64,000 nt of DNA, taken from NCBI GenBank assembly GCA_022560695.1, contig JADFSP010000005.1, positions 296-64,295 on the forward strand, in the 5' to 3' direction. This stretch comes from Pseudomonadota bacterium (GTDB lineage Bacteria > Pseudomonadota > Gammaproteobacteria > Steroidobacterales > Woeseiaceae). Below are positions 16,865-27,281 of the stretch, one piece after another. Position 1 is the stretch's first letter. Every line of letters starts with the position of its first letter. The position numbers and the translations under genes were made by a program. The notes below the pieces were generated by a model, which had not been told where the DNA came from, ran no database searches, and saw only the letters and a list, made by a program, of their open reading frames with translations.

Positions 16865-18661
16865 CTACCAGCCGCAGCTGCGGCCTTTGTTCTGCTCCCG
16901 CAGCCAGGCCATCAGGGGCGCGAAGTAATCGATGATGGCACTGGCGTCCATCTCGCGCGTACCGGTCAGTTTCTCGAGAGTGTCTTGCCAGGGCTTGCTT
17001 TGGCCGACCTCGAGCATCGCCTGCAGGCGCGCGCCGGCTTCCTTGCTGCCATACAAAGAGCAGGCGTGTAGTTCGCCTTCATGACCGGCTACTGCGCACA
17101 GCGCGCGCTGGAACTGGAACTGCAGGATCCGCGCGAGAAAGTAACGCGTGTAGGAAACATTCGACGGAATGTGATATTTGGCGCCCGGGTCGAAGTCGGC
17201 CTCGGTGCGTGTGACGGGCGGGGCGATGCCCTGGTAGCGCGTGCGTAACTCCCACCACGTCTTGTTGTAGTCTGCGGGCCGAATCTCGCCCGAGAATACG
17301 TCCCAGCGCCACTCGTCGATGAGCTTGCCGAACGGCAGGAAGGCGATTTTGTCCAGGGCCCGCATCATTTGCCGATTGATGACGGCCTCGCGACTTTGCG
17401 CTGCCGATGCGACGAGACCCACTTCGAAAAGATACCCGGGCGTCATCGACAAGGTCACGGTGTCGCCGATTGCTTCGTGGAAACCGGAGTGCGCGCCGCC
17501 CTGGAACAACGGTGGCTGATCCTTGTAAGCACCCTGGTAATAATTGTGGCCAAGCTCGTGGTAGATAACACGCAGCTCATCATAGGTTTGCTTGATGCAC
17601 ATCTTGATGCGCAGATCGTTGCCGCCATCGAGACCCCAGGCACTCGCGTGACAAGCGACTTCGCGGTCGGGCGGCTTCGAAAACATCGAGCGCTCCCAAA
17701 ACGTGTCAGGCAGTCGCGGCAGGCCCAGTGACACGTAAAAGCTTTCGGCCGAGCGCACCATCTCCTGTGGCGAGTACGCTTTCGTCTTCAGTGTCCTGTC
17801 GACGTCGAGATCCGACTCGCCGGGGTACGGCTCCATGATGTCGTAGATGAAGCCCCACTCCTGCGACCACATATTGCCCAGAAGATGCGCGGGTATCGGC
17901 TGGTCCTGCGGTACCTTGTCTTCGCCATAGAAGTCGCCCAGTTTGGCGCGTACGTGACAGTGCAGCTCTTCGTAAAGCGGCTTTACCTGCTCCCAGAGTC
18001 GCGATGCTTCTTGCTGAAAATCCGCGTCACTCATGTCGTAACCGGAGCGCCACATCGCGCCGAGGTCGCTGTAACCCAGTTCGCGCGCGCCTTCGTTCGT
18101 CAGCTCGACGAAATGCTGGTACTTGTCGCGCATGGGCGGGGACACCGTGCGCCAGCCCTGCCATGCCTCGAGCAACTCATCGTAATCACGACTTTGCGCC
18201 ATGATGTCCTCGAGTTCCGGCCGCGACAGGCAGTCGCCGTCGTTGCGGCAATACTTGCCCTCGCCGTACATGCTGGCGAGGTCTGTCAGGATCCGGGAAA
18301 GTTGCTTGCGCTTCGCCGCGTCATTGGGCGCAGGTTTTGTCGTGCCGAGCTTCAGAAGATCGAGTGCGCGACGTGTTTGAGGCGCAAGTTCCTGGCCATC
18401 GTATTGCAATGACTGGGCAACCATGCTGCTGTGCCACTCCGCATAATGCTCGTTGGCCCGCGCGCTGGCGGCAGCGGTATCCTCGGTAATGTTGGTTCTC
18501 CACTCCCAGTCGGCCGCGCCGACCTCTTTGCGCAATTCCTTGAGCTCACTGTTGGCACGTGCAACGAAATCATCCGCCGTCTCATCGGTGGCTGGCGGCG
18601 AACAAGCCGTGAGGAATGCGACGAGCGATGCGCTCGTAACAATGAGTGCGAGATTTTTCAT
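16865..18661 (-). CDS. M2 family peptidyl-dipeptidase (angiotensin-converting-enzyme-like), lipoprotein
   Basis: 598 aa. HELGH zinc motif followed by GFHEAIGD (ACE-type third ligand region). Lipobox LTAC in the signal peptide. Confidence 0.85.
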   Translation of the reverse strand: MKNLALIVTSASLVAFLTACSPPATDETADDFVARANSELKELRKEVGAADWEWRTNITEDTAAASARANEHYAEWHSSMVAQSLQYDGQELAPQTRRALDLLKLGTTKPAPNDAAKRKQLSRILTDLASMYGEGKYCRNDGDCLSRPELEDIMAQSRDYDELLEAWQGWRTVSPPMRDKYQHFVELTNEGARELGYSDLGAMWRSGYDMSDADFQQEASRLWEQVKPLYEELHCHVRAKLGDFYGEDKVPQDQPIPAHLLGNMWSQEWGFIYDIMEPYPGESDLDVDRTLKTKAYSPQEMVRSAESFYVSLGLPRLPDTFWERSMFSKPPDREVACHASAWGLDGGNDLRIKMCIKQTYDELRVIYHELGHNYYQGAYKDQPPLFQGGAHSGFHEAIGDTVTLSMTPGYLFEVGLVASAAQSREAVINRQMMRALDKIAFLPFGKLIDEWRWDVFSGEIRPADYNKTWWELRTRYQGIAPPVTRTEADFDPGAKYHIPSNVSYTRYFLARILQFQFQRALCAVAGHEGELHACSLYGSKEAGARLQAMLEVGQSKPWQDTLEKLTGTREMDASAIIDYFAPLMAWLREQNKGRSCGW

Positions 18662-18675
18662 GAAAAATTCCTGAG

Positions 18676-20490
18676 TTAGTGCACGCCGTGCATGCCGCGT
18701 TTTAGCAACGGCGAAATCACGAGCATAAACACGCCGAAAGCGACGCCGAAGTACATGAGGAACTCGAACAGCTCCGTGTACCTGGCGAGTGCCGTGGCTA
18801 TGTCGGCCGTTTCGCCACCGTCGACGCTGATAGCGGCCATCTTGCCCATGCGTGTCGCGACCGTTTCCGATAGTGCGGTGGCCAGAAACCAGGTTCCCAT
18901 GCTGACGCCGACCACTTTACCGATCGACAGCTTCGTCACCGCGGAAAGGCCGACCGGCGAGAGACACAGCTCGCCGGTCGTATGCAGCAGGTAAGCGAGC
19001 GCCAGCCAGATCGCCGCGACCTGACCGGATTGGTCCGGGAAGTGCGAGCCAATGACCAGCGCACCAAAACCGATGCCAACCTGAATGATGCCGAGGGCGA
19101 ACTTCATGGGCGTCGACGGCTCCAGATTGTGTTTTGCCAGCCAGATCCACAGCGTTGCGAACGGAATGGCGAGCAAAAAGATGAATATTGCGTTTAGCGA
19201 CCCGAATTGTGCGGCCGTAAAGGTAATGCCCCCGACCTCACGATCGACCACGCGGTCCGCGTACAGCGTCATTGATCCGGCCGATTGCTCGAACAATGCC
19301 CAGAAAACCACGGTTGAAAGTATCAGGATCATGAGCACGACCGTGCGGCCAAATTCCGCGGAGTTATGCGTCCTGAATCCGTAGATGACGAAGCCGGTGA
19401 TCACGAGCATTGCAGCGTACACGGCGTACTCGGCGAGATTTTCGTTACCGGGCAGGAAACCCAGACTCGCACCGGCTGCGTAAATGCCGATCACGATTGC
19501 GCTGGCGGCAAATGTGTACGCCGTTGTATTGCTGCTCCCGGTCTTGCGGTAGACCATCGAGTAGAGAACGATAGCGACGATCGATACGATCAGGAACACG
19601 TTCTGCGTCAACAAGACGACCGGTTCGTGCTGCACGAGCAGCCAAATAACGCTGAGCACGGGCAGGCTCAACAAGTAGATAGACCACTCGCGGTTGACCG
19701 GGCCGAACACTTTTTCTCTGAGGCTTTCGGCGTCTGCCGGTTCCGCATGACCCTTCAGGTATTTCTGGCCGTACATGAACGTGCACAAACCGAAGATCAT
19801 GCCGATGCCTGCCGCGCCAAAGCCGTACTTCCAGCCGAAAGTCTCGCCGAGGTAGCCGCATAACAACGTGGCCGTGAAGGAGCCGATATTGATGCCCATG
19901 TAGAAAATCGTGAAACCCGAATCACGGCGCGGATCATCTTTCGCGTAAAGCTTGCCGACGATTGTGGATATGTTCGGCTTCAGGTAGCCAACGCCCATGA
20001 CGATCAGCGCCAGCGCAAAATAAAATACGTTCAGCGCGGCCGTGTCACGGAAGGTAATGCTTTCCGTCAGCACGGTGCCCGCGGTCAGGATCTCACCCGA
20101 CGCAAGCGCCAGGCTTTCCGTCAGCTTCGTTCCCGCGGCGTAGAAAATCGCCTTGTGGCCCTCGACGGCCATCAGAAGGTGACCGATGGCCAGCAGGGTG
20201 CCGCCAAACAGTACTGACTTGCGCATGCCGAGGTAGCGATCGGCGATCAGGCCACCGATGACGGGCAGCGCATACACGAGGCCCGCATAGGAGCCGAGCA
20301 CGTCGAGGCCCGCTTCGTCGCTGAACAAGTGGTATTTGGTCAGGTACAGAAGCAACAGGTACTTCATTCCGTAGAATGAGAAGCGCTCCCAGAGTTCGGT
20401 CGTGAAACAGACGTAAAGGCCTTTCGGATGGCCCCAGAGTTCCGCGTCGTGCGCGTAGTTGTCCGCCGTGACGGCATCGGAGTCACTCAT
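18676..20490 (-). CDS. POT/PTR2 family di-/tripeptide:proton symporter
   Basis: 604 aa polytopic protein with the ELWERFSFYGMKYLLLLYL PTR2 signature. Confidence 0.85.
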   Translation of the reverse strand: MSDSDAVTADNYAHDAELWGHPKGLYVCFTTELWERFSFYGMKYLLLLYLTKYHLFSDEAGLDVLGSYAGLVYALPVIGGLIADRYLGMRKSVLFGGTLLAIGHLLMAVEGHKAIFYAAGTKLTESLALASGEILTAGTVLTESITFRDTAALNVFYFALALIVMGVGYLKPNISTIVGKLYAKDDPRRDSGFTIFYMGINIGSFTATLLCGYLGETFGWKYGFGAAGIGMIFGLCTFMYGQKYLKGHAEPADAESLREKVFGPVNREWSIYLLSLPVLSVIWLLVQHEPVVLLTQNVFLIVSIVAIVLYSMVYRKTGSSNTTAYTFAASAIVIGIYAAGASLGFLPGNENLAEYAVYAAMLVITGFVIYGFRTHNSAEFGRTVVLMILILSTVVFWALFEQSAGSMTLYADRVVDREVGGITFTAAQFGSLNAIFIFLLAIPFATLWIWLAKHNLEPSTPMKFALGIIQVGIGFGALVIGSHFPDQSGQVAAIWLALAYLLHTTGELCLSPVGLSAVTKLSIGKVVGVSMGTWFLATALSETVATRMGKMAAISVDGGETADIATALARYTELFEFLMYFGVAFGVFMLVISPLLKRGMHGVH

Positions 20491-20551
20491 TACTTTACTC
20501 CCCCGGTTCTTTCGCTGTTGGTTGCTCGCGCCGAATGCCCGGCATTAAACA

Positions 20552-21319
20552 CTATTTCTCTGGCAACTTGCTACCTTCGCGATCTGGTACGAAAAAGCGC
20601 GACATGAGGATGCCGAGTTCGTAGAGTAGGTACACGGGCACCGCAAGCAGCGTCTGGCTGATGATATCCGGTGGCGTCAGAAACATGCCCATGACAAACG
20701 CCAGCAGGAATACATACGGCCGTGCCTTGGCGAGCTTCGCGGGTGTGGTCAGTCCGGTCCAGACGACCAAGACGGTCGCCACTGGCACCTCGAAGGCGAT
20801 GCCGAACGCAAGCACGATCATGGAGATGAAGTCGAGGTAGGAGGCAATGTCGGTCATGACCTCGACGCCGTCGGGCGCGACGGCCGTGAAAAAGCCGAAC
20901 ATGAGGGGAAACACGACGAAGTAGGCGAACGCGATACCCGCGTAAAAAAGCAGGATGCTCGATGCGAGCAGCGGCACTGCGAAGCGCTTTTCCTTTTTGT
21001 ACAAGCCAGGAGCGACGAAGGCCCAGGTCTGATAGAGCACGACCGGCATCGCGATGAACAGCGCGACGAAGAACGTCAGTTTGAACGGCGTCAGCAATGG
21101 CGACGCCACAGCCGTTGCAATCATCTGGTTGCCGGGCAATACCTCCCGCAACGGCTGAGATACGAGTGCGAATATTTGTCGCGCAAATGGCAGCAACACG
21201 ATGAATACGGCGACGATCGCGGCAGCGACTTTGAGCAGCCGGCTGCGGAGTTCAACCAGATGCGAAAGCAAGGTGCCCTCGGCAAGCGACTCTTCTGTCT
21301 TATTCGTCTCGCTCGCCAC
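20552..21319 (-). CDS. tatC: twin-arginine translocase subunit TatC
   Basis: 255 aa; [12 protein letters not shown] start and six TM segments. Confidence 0.9.
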   Translation of the reverse strand: MASETNKTEESLAEGTLLSHLVELRSRLLKVAAAIVAVFIVLLPFARQIFALVSQPLREVLPGNQMIATAVASPLLTPFKLTFFVALFIAMPVVLYQTWAFVAPGLYKKEKRFAVPLLASSILLFYAGIAFAYFVVFPLMFGFFTAVAPDGVEVMTDIASYLDFISMIVLAFGIAFEVPVATVLVVWTGLTTPAKLAKARPYVFLLAFVMGMFLTPPDIISQTLLAVPVYLLYELGILMSRFFVPDREGSKLPEK

Positions 21320-21644
21320 CGGTTATCTCGTCGTTCTTCCTGGTGCGGTTCCCGGCGCTGGGCTCGGCGGTGGTTCGCTCATCGGCGAGCTTTTCAATAC
21401 TGGCATCCGTCGCAGGCGTGGCTGTGTCAACGTGCGGCGCCTGCAGCGCCGGCGGCTGTATGCGCAACTCTTTTTCGAGGTCGAGTTCATCTTCGAGCTG
21501 TTGCTTCATCATGCGAGTCATGCGCCGCGCCTGGCCGATCCAGCTGCCAATCTGGTTCGCGACACGCGGGAGTCGCTCGGGCCCCAGGACGATGAGCCCG
21601 ATGAAAAACAGGATGATGAGTTCGAAAAAGCCGATGCCGGACAT
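21300..21644 (-). CDS. tatB: twin-arginine translocase subunit TatB
   Basis: [27 protein letters not shown]-terminus. Confidence 0.85.
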   Translation of the reverse strand: MSGIGFFELIILFFIGLIVLGPERLPRVANQIGSWIGQARRMTRMMKQQLEDELDLEKELRIQPPALQAPHVDTATPATDASIEKLADERTTAEPSAGNRTRKNDEITGGERDE

Positions 21645-21656
21645 CGTGGACGTCGA

Positions 21657-21899
21657 TCAGGATTCGTTTTCTTTGCGGTTCTCTTCAACCGGCGTGTTGT
21701 CGAAGTTTGCCTCCTGCTGCGATGTTTCTTCGATCTGCTCGGCTTCGTCGGATTTTTCGGCCTCGCTCATCGCAGAACGAAAGCCTTTGACGGCACTACC
21801 GAGGTCGGAGCCCAGCGTGCGCAGGCGTTTCGTGCCGAATATGGCGAGCACGATGACAAGCACGATCAGCAACTGTACCGGGCCGATGTTGGAAAACAT
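21657..21899 (-). CDS. tatA: twin-arginine translocase subunit TatA
   Basis: 80 aa; [17 protein letters not shown] followed by an amphipathic helix and an acidic tail. Confidence 0.85.
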   Translation of the reverse strand: MFSNIGPVQLLIVLVIVLAIFGTKRLRTLGSDLGSAVKGFRSAMSEAEKSDEAEQIEETSQQEANFDNTPVEENRKENES

Positions 21900-22031
21900 C
21901 TCTAGTCTCCTGGGGCGTGACCCCGTAACGTGTTTTCAGAAAAGCACCGGGCCAGGCCAGGCGCTATGCGGCCATAATACCTCCGGCGACGCAACAAGTC
22001 CGCGCCAGCATCGCGCGCCCTGGGCGCGTCC

Positions 22032-22469
22032 TCAGCTTTCGAGCCAGAACGTAACAGGGCCATCATTGATGAGACTCACCTGCATATGGGCGCCGAATTG
22101 CCCTGTCTCGACGCGCTCGAGCCGTGCCCGGCACAGCTTGATCAGCTGCAGGAAGAATCGCTCGCCGGTGTCCGGCGCGGCAGCGCGTGTAAAACTCGCC
22201 CTGGTGCCTTTTTTGGTGTCGGCGGCCAGCGTGAATTGCGGTACGAGCAGGATGGCCGCGGTCTCGTCGAGCACGCTGCGGTTCATGCGGCCAACGGAGT
22301 CGGGAAAAACACGATAGGTCAGAATGCGCTCCGCGAGCCGGCCAACATCCTTTTCGGTGTCGTCGCGATGCACGCCGACAAGGACGAGCAGGCCGCGGCC
22401 GATCTCACCCGTCGTTTCGCCATCGACGCTAACGCTGGCACGCGTCACGCGTTGCAGCAGGCCGATCAT
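22032..22469 (-). CDS. dtd: D-aminoacyl-tRNA deacylase
   Basis: 145 aa; MIGLLQRV...LLVPQFTL...GAHMQVSLINDGPVT motifs. Confidence 0.9.
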   Translation of the reverse strand: MIGLLQRVTRASVSVDGETTGEIGRGLLVLVGVHRDDTEKDVGRLAERILTYRVFPDSVGRMNRSVLDETAAILLVPQFTLAADTKKGTRASFTRAAAPDTGERFFLQLIKLCRARLERVETGQFGAHMQVSLINDGPVTFWLES

Positions 22470-22911
22470 TTTTCGCTTATTTCTCCAGATTCCGGTGCAA
22501 GCAGGTCTTTATTAATGCATCAACGAGTTACGAATAGCCATAGCGGCGCGGCATCAATGCGAAGCTGATCGGACCGGCCGGGAGGTGGGGCTGGCTCGGG
22601 CATGCCGGCGTGAGCCCCACCAGGGGCCAGGCCATGGAAGGTAGGCCCGGGCGCCAGCCTGCCGGCCGGACCAGGGACGGACGGGCCCCGGTCATCCGAC
22701 CGGGGCCCACATCGGCATTGTGATCCAATGGCAGGCGAGCAGAAAGCTGCCTGTCGGCCGCGATGTCTGCCGCCTGTCAGATTACCGATATCGGCGTCGT
22801 TTGAATGGCCGCTTCGGGCAAGATCGCAGGTTTACGTCCGAACCCGGGCCGTGTATTCGTGTCTGATAATACGAGCTAACAACACGATCTGATGATAAGG
22901 AGGAGCGCGAA

Positions 22912-24675
22912 TTGCGGCTGTCAGCTTCAACAGCAGCGATGGCATTATTGATGGCCGCATGCGGTGGCGGTGGTTCCACCGCGATTCCCCCCGTGCCGCC
23001 CGACGCGGCGAAAATTCTTGACATCAACGGTCTGGAATCCGGAAATGGCTTCTTGCGCGTTTCGGGATCGGCATCGACCGGACAATTCGGCGTCCCGGTA
23101 GCCGGTGGCTGGGATTGCGACGGCGACGGAAATGTTGACTTTGCGATGTCGGGCATGCAGGCATCTCCATTCGGCAGGGATCGTGCCGGTCAGGTCGATC
23201 TGATATTCGGCAACGGCCAGATTCAGCAAAGTCTCGACACAGCACAAGCAAACACGGACGTTCTGCGGATAGCCGGTGCCGGGCCGCAAGAGGCTGCCGG
23301 CGGAGAAATCTGGATGGACGATGTCACCGGCGACGGGCTGGGCGATCTCATTATCGGCAGGCCGAATTATCGCGCGTCTGCGCCGGACCGTATCGGTGCG
23401 GGCGCGCTGACGATCGTTGTGGGCGGACAGGGTTTGCGGGACCTCGCAGGCGCTGGCATGATGCTCGACCTGGCGGCGCCGCCGTCCAGCGTAACCGTGT
23501 TCACGATTGCCGGGGCAGCCGAACTGGACCGGCTTGGTTTCTGGATGCGAACCGGAGATGTCAGCGGCGATGGTGTTGCCGACATACTGGTCGGTGCGGA
23601 CCAGGAGGACATCGCCGGTGAGACCGATCGCGGCGCGGCGTATCTCGTTCGAGGCGGCTCGCACCTCAACGCGAACGCTGTCATAGACCTGCTGGACTTC
23701 GGATCGACAATGATCGCCGGGCACGTTCTCAAAATTACGCCGCCCCCCGGTTCTGCCGGATATCATTTTGGCGCGACCGTGGATATTGCGGATCTCGATG
23801 ACAATGGTCGTGGCGACATCCTGATTGCGGCGTCACTGAAACGCGTGGGTGGCGAACTTCTTGCTCAGGACGCCCCTGCGGGCTCCGCTGTCGCCATCGG
23901 CGCAAATCCTGGCGGCAGCCTTTTCATCGTGTGGGACGACAACATCAGCGCCGCTGGTGTCTGGGCCCCCGGTCTGAGTTTTTCGACCGACACCGCGCCG
24001 GCTTCGACAACGCGCATCGACGGCGGCGGTGTCGCCGGCGTATTTACTAGCCACAGTTTTGCCGAGGAAATACTGGGCGGGCTCGATTACAACGACGATG
24101 GCGAAGCGGATCTGTTTCTCGGCGATATTTGGGGAATCGCCAGGTCGGATCGGGACAGAGGCGGCGTCGGACACCTGTTCTTTTCCGCGGCAAGCCTGAA
24201 GAACCGAAGCTTCTCGGTGAGCAATGTACCGGGCGACCTCGTGGTTACGACCATTCTCGGTCCGGAAGCCGGGACGATTACTAATGATACGTCCTTGCAC
24301 GGAGATTTTGACGGCGATGGCATCGCCGATCTCGCAATCGCATCTCCGCTTGCATCGCCGTTGGCACGCATTCACGCCGGAACGATTCACGTGCTATGGG
24401 GCAGGAGCGGGACATGGCCATCCATTATCGATCTGGCGGACGGCATGCGACCCGACCCTGCTTCGTTTCCAATTACCGATATCTATGGCGCGAATGGCGA
24501 GCAGTCCGTGAATGATACCGGGGATACTCTGATGTACAGTGCCGCCGCCGCTGATCTCGATGGTGACGGCCGAACGGATCTCATCGTCAATGAAATGCGC
24601 GGCAATGGCATCTCTGCTGCTGCGCTGGACGTGGGCAATCTCCTGATCATCGGCGGCGCACGAGTACCGAAGTAA
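22912..24675 (+). CDS. FG-GAP (integrin-alpha-like) seven-repeat lipoprotein
   Basis: TTG start 7 nt after AAGGAGGA. Lipobox LMAAC. Seven Ca-binding-type DxDxDG..D loops (CDGDGNVD, DVTGDGLGD, DVSGDGVAD, DLDDNGRGD, DYNDDGEAD, DFDGDGIAD, DLDGDGRTD). Confidence 0.75.
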   Translation: MRLSASTAAMALLMAACGGGGSTAIPPVPPDAAKILDINGLESGNGFLRVSGSASTGQFGVPVAGGWDCDGDGNVDFAMSGMQASPFGRDRAGQVDLIFGNGQIQQSLDTAQANTDVLRIAGAGPQEAAGGEIWMDDVTGDGLGDLIIGRPNYRASAPDRIGAGALTIVVGGQGLRDLAGAGMMLDLAAPPSSVTVFTIAGAAELDRLGFWMRTGDVSGDGVADILVGADQEDIAGETDRGAAYLVRGGSHLNANAVIDLLDFGSTMIAGHVLKITPPPGSAGYHFGATVDIADLDDNGRGDILIAASLKRVGGELLAQDAPAGSAVAIGANPGGSLFIVWDDNISAAGVWAPGLSFSTDTAPASTTRIDGGGVAGVFTSHSFAEEILGGLDYNDDGEADLFLGDIWGIARSDRDRGGVGHLFFSAASLKNRSFSVSNVPGDLVVTTILGPEAGTITNDTSLHGDFDGDGIADLAIASPLASPLARIHAGTIHVLWGRSGTWPSIIDLADGMRPDPASFPITDIYGANGEQSVNDTGDTLMYSAAAADLDGDGRTDLIVNEMRGNGISAAALDVGNLLIIGGARVPK

Positions 24676-24804
24676 GCATCGCCGATTCCTGTTGTCATGC
24701 GGAGAAAGCCGCCTGTGGAACTCGATCACATCGAACACTGCCTGTACGATTAAGTCCCGGCTGTTACATCAGCCCGGCACTCTTGAATCCCATCAGGATC
24801 GACT

Positions 24805-25896
24805 ATGAAAAGACGACAATTTGTTGGCGGCCTTGCCGCGGCAACGGGGCTTGCGGCATGTGCACCGACTGAAAGTGATTGCGCAGCCGGTACCGAGCGC
24901 CTGGCAGAGTCCTTCGAATGGTCGATAGTGACCTCGTGGCCGCCGAAATATCCCGGGTTGGGCAGCGGCGTAGACAATCTTGCAGATTACATCGCGGCCG
25001 CATCGGGCGGACGATTGAAGATCAAGGTCTATGCGGCCGGCGAGCTGGTACCGGCATTCGAGGTATTCGATGCCGTGAGTCGCGGCGCCGTCGAGATGGG
25101 CCACGACGCCTCTTATTATCACAGGGGCAAAGTGGACGCCGCCCAGTTCTTTACGGCGATCCCGTTCGGCATGAATTACCTCGAAATTAATGGCTGGCTC
25201 TACTACGGTGGCGGTCTCGAGTTGTGGCGCGAGCTTTACGAGCCGTTCAACCTGGTGCCGTTCCCGTGCGGTAACACGGGTGTTCAAATGGGCGGTTGGT
25301 TCAACAAGGAGATCAACTCGGTCGCAGACCTGAAGGGCCTGAAGATGCGCATTCCAGGCCTCGGCGGCGAGGTGCTTCGCCGCGCCGGCGGCACACCGGT
25401 GATGCTGCCGGGCGCCGAGATTTTCACGTCACTGCAGACCGGGGCGATCGATGCGACCGAGTGGGTTGGTGCTTACAACGACATGTCTTTCGGACTGCAC
25501 AAAGCAGCAAAGTATTATTACTACCCGGGATGGCAGGAACCCGGGCCGGCGCTGGAGTGCATCGTGAACCGGACCGCGTGGGAATCATTGCCGCCGGACC
25601 TGCAGTCTATTATCGGCATCGCCTGCCAGGCGATCACGACAGACATGACGGCCGAGTACACGCATGGCAATGCGCTTTCGCTGCATCTGCTAATGGAAGA
25701 TCCGAACGTCGAAATCCGCCGTTTTCCGAAGGATGTGATGCAGCATCTGAAGTCGATCACCGATGAGGTGATTGCCGACCTGGTAGCGTCAGATCCTGCC
25801 GCGGCAAAAATCCATGCATCGTATTCGGAGTTCTTGAGGAAGTCAGTCGATAATCAGCGCATTACCGAGCAGGCGTTTCTCGAAACCCGGCAGTAG
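24805..25896 (+). CDS. TRAP transporter substrate-binding protein (DctP family)
   Basis: Tat-type signal MKRRQFVGGLAAATGLAAC. DctP-family body similar to the COG4663 type. Confidence 0.8.
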   Translation: MKRRQFVGGLAAATGLAACAPTESDCAAGTERLAESFEWSIVTSWPPKYPGLGSGVDNLADYIAAASGGRLKIKVYAAGELVPAFEVFDAVSRGAVEMGHDASYYHRGKVDAAQFFTAIPFGMNYLEINGWLYYGGGLELWRELYEPFNLVPFPCGNTGVQMGGWFNKEINSVADLKGLKMRIPGLGGEVLRRAGGTPVMLPGAEIFTSLQTGAIDATEWVGAYNDMSFGLHKAAKYYYYPGWQEPGPALECIVNRTAWESLPPDLQSIIGIACQAITTDMTAEYTHGNALSLHLLMEDPNVEIRRFPKDVMQHLKSITDEVIADLVASDPAAAKIHASYSEFLRKSVDNQRITEQAFLETRQ

Positions 25897-25905
25897 GAGG
25901 TCCTC

Positions 25906-27279
25906 CTACGGCCCATAAATCTTGCCCGGCAACCAGGTAACGAGCCCGGGAAAAATGGCCAACAGCAGCAACGCGAAGAGCTGAATCGCGACGAATGGAA
26001 TCACGCCGCGATAGATTTGCGCTGTCGTCACACTCGGCGGCGCAACACCACGCAGATAGAAAAGCGCGAAGCCGAACGGCGGCGTCAGGAACGACGTCTG
26101 CAAGTTGATCGCGATCATGATGCCGAGCCAGACCGGGTCGAGACCCATCGACAGCAGCACCGGGCCGACGATCGGCACGACGACGAACGTGATCTCGATG
26201 AAGTCGAGCACGAAGCCGAGCAGGAACATGACGAGCATGACGACGATGACGGCACCGACGACACCGCCGGGCAGAACTTCCAGTATGGCCCTGACACCGT
26301 CATCCCCGCCGTAGCCGCGAAACACGAGCGAGAAGATCGACGCGCCGATCAGAATCAGAAATACCATGCTACTGATGCGCAGCGTACTGAGCATGATTGA
26401 CTGCAAGCGGGCGAGCCCCAACTGGCGGCGCATCAGGGCCAGCAGCAGCGCACCCATGCCGCCGACGCCGGCCGCCTCTGTCGGGGTTGCGACACCCGCA
26501 AGAATCGAGCCCAAAACGGCAAAGATCAAACACAGCGGCGGCAAGAGCGCACGCAATATCTGGCCGAGGGATACCCGGTCACCCGGTTCGCGCTCATGCG
26601 GCGGCATCACCGACGGCCGGATCAATGCCGTAATCAGGATGTACGCGATGTAGAAAACGACGAGCAGCAAGCCGGGTATCAAAGCGCCGGCGAACAGATC
26701 ACCGACCGACACGGTCCTGGGCGAGAAGTTGCCCATCTCGAGCTGCGCCTGCTGATAGGCGGACGCCATGACGTCGCCAAGCATCACCAGGATGATTGAC
26801 GGCGGAATGATCTGGCCCAGCGTGCCGGACGCGCAGATGATTCCAGTCGAAATTTCGGCTGAATAGCCCCGCCGCAGCATGGTCGGCAGGGACAGCAGGC
26901 CCATCGTCACGACCGTCGCACCGACAATACCCGTGCTCGCCGCAAGCAGCATCCCGACCACGGTCACGGATACGCCAAGCCCGCCGCGCAACGAGCCGAA
27001 CAAGCTGCTCAGCGTTTCGAGCAATTCCTCGGCGATGCGCGCTCGCTCGAGTGTGACGCCCATGAAAACGAACAACGGCACGGCGACAAGCGTTTCATTG
27101 GTCATGATGCCGAAGATGCGATTCGGCAAACTGGACAGCAACGCGTCGTTGAAGACTCCCGCCGCGATGCCGACGCCCGCGAACACCAGCGCGGTGCCGC
27201 CCATCGTGAACGCAACCGGAAAGCCCGCCAGAAGGACCATGATGACCGCGGCGAACAGCAGTAGTGCAACCCACTCCAT
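25906..27279 (-). CDS. TRAP transporter large permease (DctM)
   Basis: 457 aa polytopic membrane protein with a typical DctM pattern. Confidence 0.85.
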   Translation of the reverse strand: MEWVALLLFAAVIMVLLAGFPVAFTMGGTALVFAGVGIAAGVFNDALLSSLPNRIFGIMTNETLVAVPLFVFMGVTLERARIAEELLETLSSLFGSLRGGLGVSVTVVGMLLAASTGIVGATVVTMGLLSLPTMLRRGYSAEISTGIICASGTLGQIIPPSIILVMLGDVMASAYQQAQLEMGNFSPRTVSVGDLFAGALIPGLLLVVFYIAYILITALIRPSVMPPHEREPGDRVSLGQILRALLPPLCLIFAVLGSILAGVATPTEAAGVGGMGALLLALMRRQLGLARLQSIMLSTLRISSMVFLILIGASIFSLVFRGYGGDDGVRAILEVLPGGVVGAVIVVMLVMFLLGFVLDFIEITFVVVPIVGPVLLSMGLDPVWLGIMIAINLQTSFLTPPFGFALFYLRGVAPPSVTTAQIYRGVIPFVAIQLFALLLLAIFPGLVTWLPGKIYGP

Positions 27280-27281
27280 CG

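Noticed and set aside
22555-22900. Possible RNase P RNA or SRP (4.5S) RNA in the dtd/FG-GAP spacer (gaagctgatcgg... start, ggaaggtaggcccggg, ccgaacccgggcc)
   Set aside because: These are only superficial matches. The universally conserved RNase P blocks (GAGGAAAGTCCGGGC, AGGGTGAAA) and a closing P1 helix are absent. The SRP domain IV GGAA tetraloop and symmetric-loop motif are not present.
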